The notes under the pieces: model-generated
Told to the model about the DNA's origin: nothing
The model's input: only the letters and a program-made list of their open reading frames with translations
The model's database searches: none
Translations under genes and position numbers: made by a program
Shown here: piece by piece, positions 28,479 to 32,000 of the stretch
Position numbering within the stretch: the first letter of the stretch is position 1
How the letters are laid out: every line of letters starts with the position of its first letter
NCBI RefSeq assembly: GCF_051097895.1
Contig: NZ_CP142525.1
Location: forward strand, 1,740,001 to 1,772,000
DNA from: Psychrobacter sp. HD31
GTDB lineage: Bacteria; Pseudomonadota; Gammaproteobacteria; Pseudomonadales; Moraxellaceae
Reading direction: 5' to 3'
DNA: 32,000 bases

Positions 28479-29186
28479 ATGACAGCTCACACAACTTTAA
28501 AAGCGGTATTATTTGACTTAGACGGTACTTTGGTTGATACGGCTGCTGACTTTGTTCGTATTATTCATGAAATGGCAGCAGAAAATGGATGGCAAGCCCC
28601 CAGTAATCAGGTAATCCGTGAGCAAGTGTCTGCAGGGGCAAAAGCTATGGTATCACTATTTAGCTTGCACAATCATCTGGGTGATGATGCTAGGCAGATA
28701 GAAGAAAAGGTGATGACATATCGTCAAGCTTTTTTAGAAAGATACGAAGCAGAAATTTGTGTGGATAGCCAAATTTTTCAGGGACTAGATGTATTATTGG
28801 CAAGGTTAGAAGAACAAAATATTCCTTGGGGTGTGGTTACAAATAAATCACGTTACTTAGCAGAAAAACTTTTAGAAGCTTTAAATTTGTCAGAGCGTTG
28901 CCAAACCTTAGTGTGCCCTGAAGATGTGACCCACACCAAACCTGACCCTGAACCAATGTACCTTGCTGTTAAAGCGTTAGGGCTTACTAAAAGTGACTGT
29001 ACAAACATCATTTATGTGGGGGATCATATCCGTGATATTCAGGCTGGTAACGCTGCTGGTATGTTAACTGTAGCGGCAAAGTATGGCTATATCTCTACAA
29101 CAGAGAAACAACAGCTGGATACTTGGCAAGCAAATGATATTGTTGAGACGCCAGAAGCTCTATTAACGCTGATTTTATCTCGTTAA
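28479..29186 (+). CDS. HAD-IA family phosphatase (phosphoglycolate phosphatase-like; candidate MurNAc-6-P phosphatase MupP by synteny)
   Basis: HAD motif I FDLDGTLVDT, motif II VVTNK, and motif IV GDHIRDIQAGNAAG. Its position between ubiG and a YciK-like SDR matches the Pseudomonas ubiG-mupP-yciK arrangement as I recall it. Confidence 0.75.
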   Translation: MTAHTTLKAVLFDLDGTLVDTAADFVRIIHEMAAENGWQAPSNQVIREQVSAGAKAMVSLFSLHNHLGDDARQIEEKVMTYRQAFLERYEAEICVDSQIFQGLDVLLARLEEQNIPWGVVTNKSRYLAEKLLEALNLSERCQTLVCPEDVTHTKPDPEPMYLAVKALGLTKSDCTNIIYVGDHIRDIQAGNAAGMLTVAAKYGYISTTEKQQLDTWQANDIVETPEALLTLILSR

Positions 29187-29255
29187 TTTTATTATTTAAC
29201 TTATTAACATTTTTAGCCAAAAGCGCAAAAATATTTTTGATAAAGAGGCGAAATC

Positions 29256-30032
29256 ATGACTCATTTACCTTTAACTCATGAACAAATCCGTAACTATCAA
29301 CCAAAAGAAAATTGTTTGTCTGATAAAACCATATTAGTAACAGGGGCAGGTGATGGCATTGGGAGAGTCGCGGCGTTGACTTATGCAAAATATGGCGCAA
29401 CCGTTTTGCTTTTAGGTAAAACTTTAAGCAAATTAACTGCTGTATATGATGAAATTGAACAACAAGGTGGCAAGCAACCTGTGGTAATTGCGCTCAATTT
29501 AGAAGGGGCTAAAACTGAAGACATGACCAATCTCGTGGAACTGATTGTCAAACAAACAGGACAACTAGATGGCATATTACACAATGCGGCAGTTTTAGGG
29601 GATTTAGCCCCGCTAGAAAGCTATGATATTGGCGTTTTTGAACGTGTGATGAATATTAATTTTACAGCAACGCTTCGGCTAACGCAGGCGTTGTTGCCTT
29701 TGCTTAAAAAATCTGCCAATGGTTCGGTGGTGTTCACTTCTAGCTCGGTAGGTAGTGAGCCAAGAGCGTTTTGGGGAGCGTATGCGATATCAAAGCAAGC
29801 GGTTGAAGGTATCAGTAGCTTGTTTACTCAAGAAACAAAAAATACCACGAACTTAAGGTTTAATTGTGTTAATCCTGGGGCAACTCGCACTAAAATGCGG
29901 GCAGAGGCTAGCCCAAATGAAGATCCGATGACACTTAAAACACCAGAAGATATTATGCCTGCATATGTGTGTTTAATGAGTGATGATAGTATGCAAACTC
30001 GTGGTGAGGTGATTTCACTGCAGCCTAAATGA
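29256..30032 (+). CDS. YciK-like short-chain dehydrogenase/reductase
   Basis: TGAGDGIGR cofactor motif, HNAA motif, and a catalytic S..YAISK. Its size and its position after ubiG and the HAD gene are typical of the YciK family. Confidence 0.8.
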   Translation: MTHLPLTHEQIRNYQPKENCLSDKTILVTGAGDGIGRVAALTYAKYGATVLLLGKTLSKLTAVYDEIEQQGGKQPVVIALNLEGAKTEDMTNLVELIVKQTGQLDGILHNAAVLGDLAPLESYDIGVFERVMNINFTATLRLTQALLPLLKKSANGSVVFTSSSVGSEPRAFWGAYAISKQAVEGISSLFTQETKNTTNLRFNCVNPGATRTKMRAEASPNEDPMTLKTPEDIMPAYVCLMSDDSMQTRGEVISLQPK

Positions 30033-30067
30033 TTTTTAGAGGATAGTATAGTTTGATAGTATTATTT

Positions 30068-30889
30068 TTATAACGATGATTTGTTTAATAACCGGTTAAA
30101 TTGCCCTTTAAAACTTTCTTTTCTTCCTTTAGTTTGTAAATCTTCATAACGGCTTTGACTGAGTTGTAAAAATTCTGTTTCTTTATCAATGCCAATAAAA
30201 CGTCTACCTAGTACATGACTGGCTATACCTGTGGTGGATGATCCAGTGAAAGGGTCTAAAACCAAAGCATTTTCTTCGGTAGAGGCGAGTATCATTTGAG
30301 CAAGCAATGCAAGTGGTTTTTGCGTGGGGTGTTTACCGCAGGTTTTTTCCCATTTTGCCACTGCTGGTATTTTCCATACATCTTTCATCTGTTTATCGGC
30401 ATTGAGTTTTTTCATTAGGTCATAGTTAAAATAATGCGGAACTTTTGGATGCTTTCTTGCCCAAATAACAAACTCAGTTGAATGAGTAAAATATCGGCAG
30501 GAAAAATTAGGCGGTGGATTGGTCTTTTCCCATGTAATGACGTTCAAAATCTTAAACCCCAGTTGTGGCAAAATCCGCCCCAAGGTAAAAATATTATGGT
30601 GCGTGCCACTTATCCAAATCGTTCCATTATCCGCCAGTTTCTCACGCACGGCAGTCAGCCAATCGTAGGTAAATATATAGATTTTATTATCATCAGTAAA
30701 CTTATCCCATTTACCTTTATTGACCGACTGTACCTTACCATTTTTTACGGTTAAGCCGTCATTTGACAAGAAATAAGGGGGATCGGCAAATACCATATCA
30801 ATCGGCTTATCAATTAGTTTGTAAATCTGTTCGATACAATCGCCTTGCAGTAGGGTAAAATCTTGGTTCGGGCTTTGAAAAAATGTCAT
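30068..30889 (-). CDS. Beta-class N6-adenine DNA methyltransferase, DpnA / M.MboIC-like (second methylase of a GATC R-M system)
   Basis: Motif IV FADPPYF lies near the N-terminus and motif I LDPFTGSSTTG near the C-terminus (beta-class order). Long blocks match my recollection of S. pneumoniae DpnA (NGT.WISG, FKILN.ITW.KTNP.PN.SCRYFTHSTE, GKHPTQKP, GRRFIGID). Confidence 0.88.
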   Translation of the reverse strand: MTFFQSPNQDFTLLQGDCIEQIYKLIDKPIDMVFADPPYFLSNDGLTVKNGKVQSVNKGKWDKFTDDNKIYIFTYDWLTAVREKLADNGTIWISGTHHNIFTLGRILPQLGFKILNVITWEKTNPPPNFSCRYFTHSTEFVIWARKHPKVPHYFNYDLMKKLNADKQMKDVWKIPAVAKWEKTCGKHPTQKPLALLAQMILASTEENALVLDPFTGSSTTGIASHVLGRRFIGIDKETEFLQLSQSRYEDLQTKGRKESFKGQFNRLLNKSSL

Positions 30890-31057
30890 TATGTGTCCCT
30901 TAAAACATATTTTTGCATATCTGTTTTTGTTTCTTCTCGTGAGTCATAAGTCATGATTTTTTCAAAAAACCAAAATATAGAGACACATTCGAATACATGA
31001 ATAATAATGGGACTTGTTACCTTTTTATGGTCGATGAATTGCTAGGATATTTAGGGT

Positions 31058-31942
31058 TTATTTGATAATTTTCCTAAAATACCCACCCTTCAACATCTCA
31101 ATATTCAATAAAATATTACCACGCTCAAAATAATCTTGTAATGGATTTTGCGTGGTAAGCCACCCTTTGCCATCGGTAACCCAAATAAATTCAATCTCTT
31201 GCTCTTTCCAAAATCTGCTCATTTCAATGTATTCTGTTGCGGTTGATTTTAGCTTAGAACCACCTCCATTATAAAAGTTACATTCAATAAAATATAACTT
31301 ATCCGTATTGTCTTTAATCACAAAATCAATAATCCGTGATGACTTATCGACATTGATTTCAATATTCCAGTTTTCTTTAATTTTTTTCGCATTGGCTTGT
31401 GGTAAGTATTGCAAGTTCTGCTCATGGCAAAACTTCGCCACAAAAGATTCCACAAGATTTTCCATCTGTGTACCACCACGGTTTTTGCGACCATTAGAAT
31501 CCAAACCGACTTCTACACCCATGCAATAATCAGGAATACTTTTTATTTGCTTGTTTTGAATTAACTCGCCCAATCCACTTTTCATGACAAATTCTACGAG
31601 TTTGTGAACGTTATCATCAGTTAATTCTTTTTGTTTAAAATCAAAATGTTGATAAATAAAATTGGTTTTATCTATCAGAACTTCAATAGACTTATCACGA
31701 ATGGCTAGTAAAGTTGGTATTGCCTTGATGGTTTTTGGATATTCTTTAAAAATATCAAATAAAACGGATTCAAAATCAGCTTTTCCAACTAGGGTATTGA
31801 GTAAATTTAACTCTTTTTCAATCGGTTCAACATTCTTCAATACCTTTTGCCAATTAACAAAGTAATCGTACTGAATAATGCCTTTTTTGTTGATTGTTTC
31901 AATAAGTTTATTAAAATGTTCTGGTTTGTATAGCTCATCCAT
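31058..31942 (-). CDS. Type II restriction endonuclease, DpnII/MboI family (predicted GATC specificity)
   Basis: 294-aa ORF with blocks matching my recollection of DpnII (VEVGLDSNGRKNRGGTQMEN; DFVIK....LYFIECNFYNGGGSKL; IWVTDGKGW). It is flanked by two adenine methylase genes. Confidence 0.85.
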   Translation of the reverse strand: MDELYKPEHFNKLIETINKKGIIQYDYFVNWQKVLKNVEPIEKELNLLNTLVGKADFESVLFDIFKEYPKTIKAIPTLLAIRDKSIEVLIDKTNFIYQHFDFKQKELTDDNVHKLVEFVMKSGLGELIQNKQIKSIPDYCMGVEVGLDSNGRKNRGGTQMENLVESFVAKFCHEQNLQYLPQANAKKIKENWNIEINVDKSSRIIDFVIKDNTDKLYFIECNFYNGGGSKLKSTATEYIEMSRFWKEQEIEFIWVTDGKGWLTTQNPLQDYFERGNILLNIEMLKGGYFRKIIK

Positions 31943-31944
31943 GT

Positions 31945-32000
31945 TTAGTTCCTCATTAAAACTTCGCTAATCTGTCCACGCTTAGCACTGTTAGAATTAA
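31945..32000 (-). CDS. 3' end of a Dam-like (alpha-class, DpnM/M.MboIA-like) DNA adenine methyltransferase; the rest lies outside the window
   Basis: The minus-strand frame reads ..NSNSAKRGQISEVLMRN* with TAA at 31947-31945, only 2 nt before the endonuclease ATG. This parallels the Dam C-terminal ..R.KV.ELL.. block. Only 17 codons are visible, so the call rests mainly on context. Confidence 0.5.
   Translation of the reverse strand, partial: NSNSAKRGQISEVLMRN

Noticed and set aside
31007-31075. 22-codon plus-strand ORF (MNNNGTCYLFMVDELLGYLGFI*) in the R-M2 spacer
   Set aside because: It is antisense to the R-M operon, runs into the endonuclease 3' end, and has no Shine-Dalgarno. It is considered fortuitous.

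Overview
This window is mostly core chromosome from an AT-rich gammaproteobacterium. Gene content and synteny suggest Moraxellaceae (Moraxella/Psychrobacter-like), but that is inference only. Left to right: the 3' end of an acyltransferase-like gene; an SDR oxidoreductase; gltX followed on the same strand by a separately promoted tRNA-Ala(GGC)-tRNA-Glu(UUC) pair; then the proximal dcw division/cell-wall operon without mraZ (rsmH-ftsL-ftsI-murE-murF-mraY), which ends at a strong intrinsic terminator. About 12.1 kb of unrelated genes follows: a UbiH/UbiM-family flavin hydroxylase, rlmA, fadD, tRNA-Ser(GGA), a secreted DRGH (Serratia-type) nuclease, a DUF2147-like secreted protein, glnK-amtB, a tandem USP protein, a LysR regulator and a SulP/STAS anion transporter. 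The dcw genes then resume as an isolated murD-ftsW pair that ends at a terminator, with no murG. Next come dsbA, ubiG, a HAD phosphatase (MupP/Gph-like) and a YciK-like SDR. The only clearly accessory locus is at the right edge: a visibly more AT-rich three-gene DpnII/MboI-type GATC restriction-modification system (Dam-like methylase 3' end, DpnII-family endonuclease, DpnA/M.MboIC-like beta-class methylase). I found no CRISPR array, IS element, integrase, prophage remnant or toxin-antitoxin pair. I cannot point to a convincing undescribed multi-gene system. The findings are smaller oddities: the fragmented dcw cluster, a long basic N-terminal tail on FtsI, a tRNA-Glu with a G1:U72 pair next to gltX, a short ORF overlapping the start of the second methylase, candidate regulatory repeats, and a nuclease with a Trp-rich tail. 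Several ORF-track starts (TTG or upstream ATG) were moved to better-supported downstream starts.
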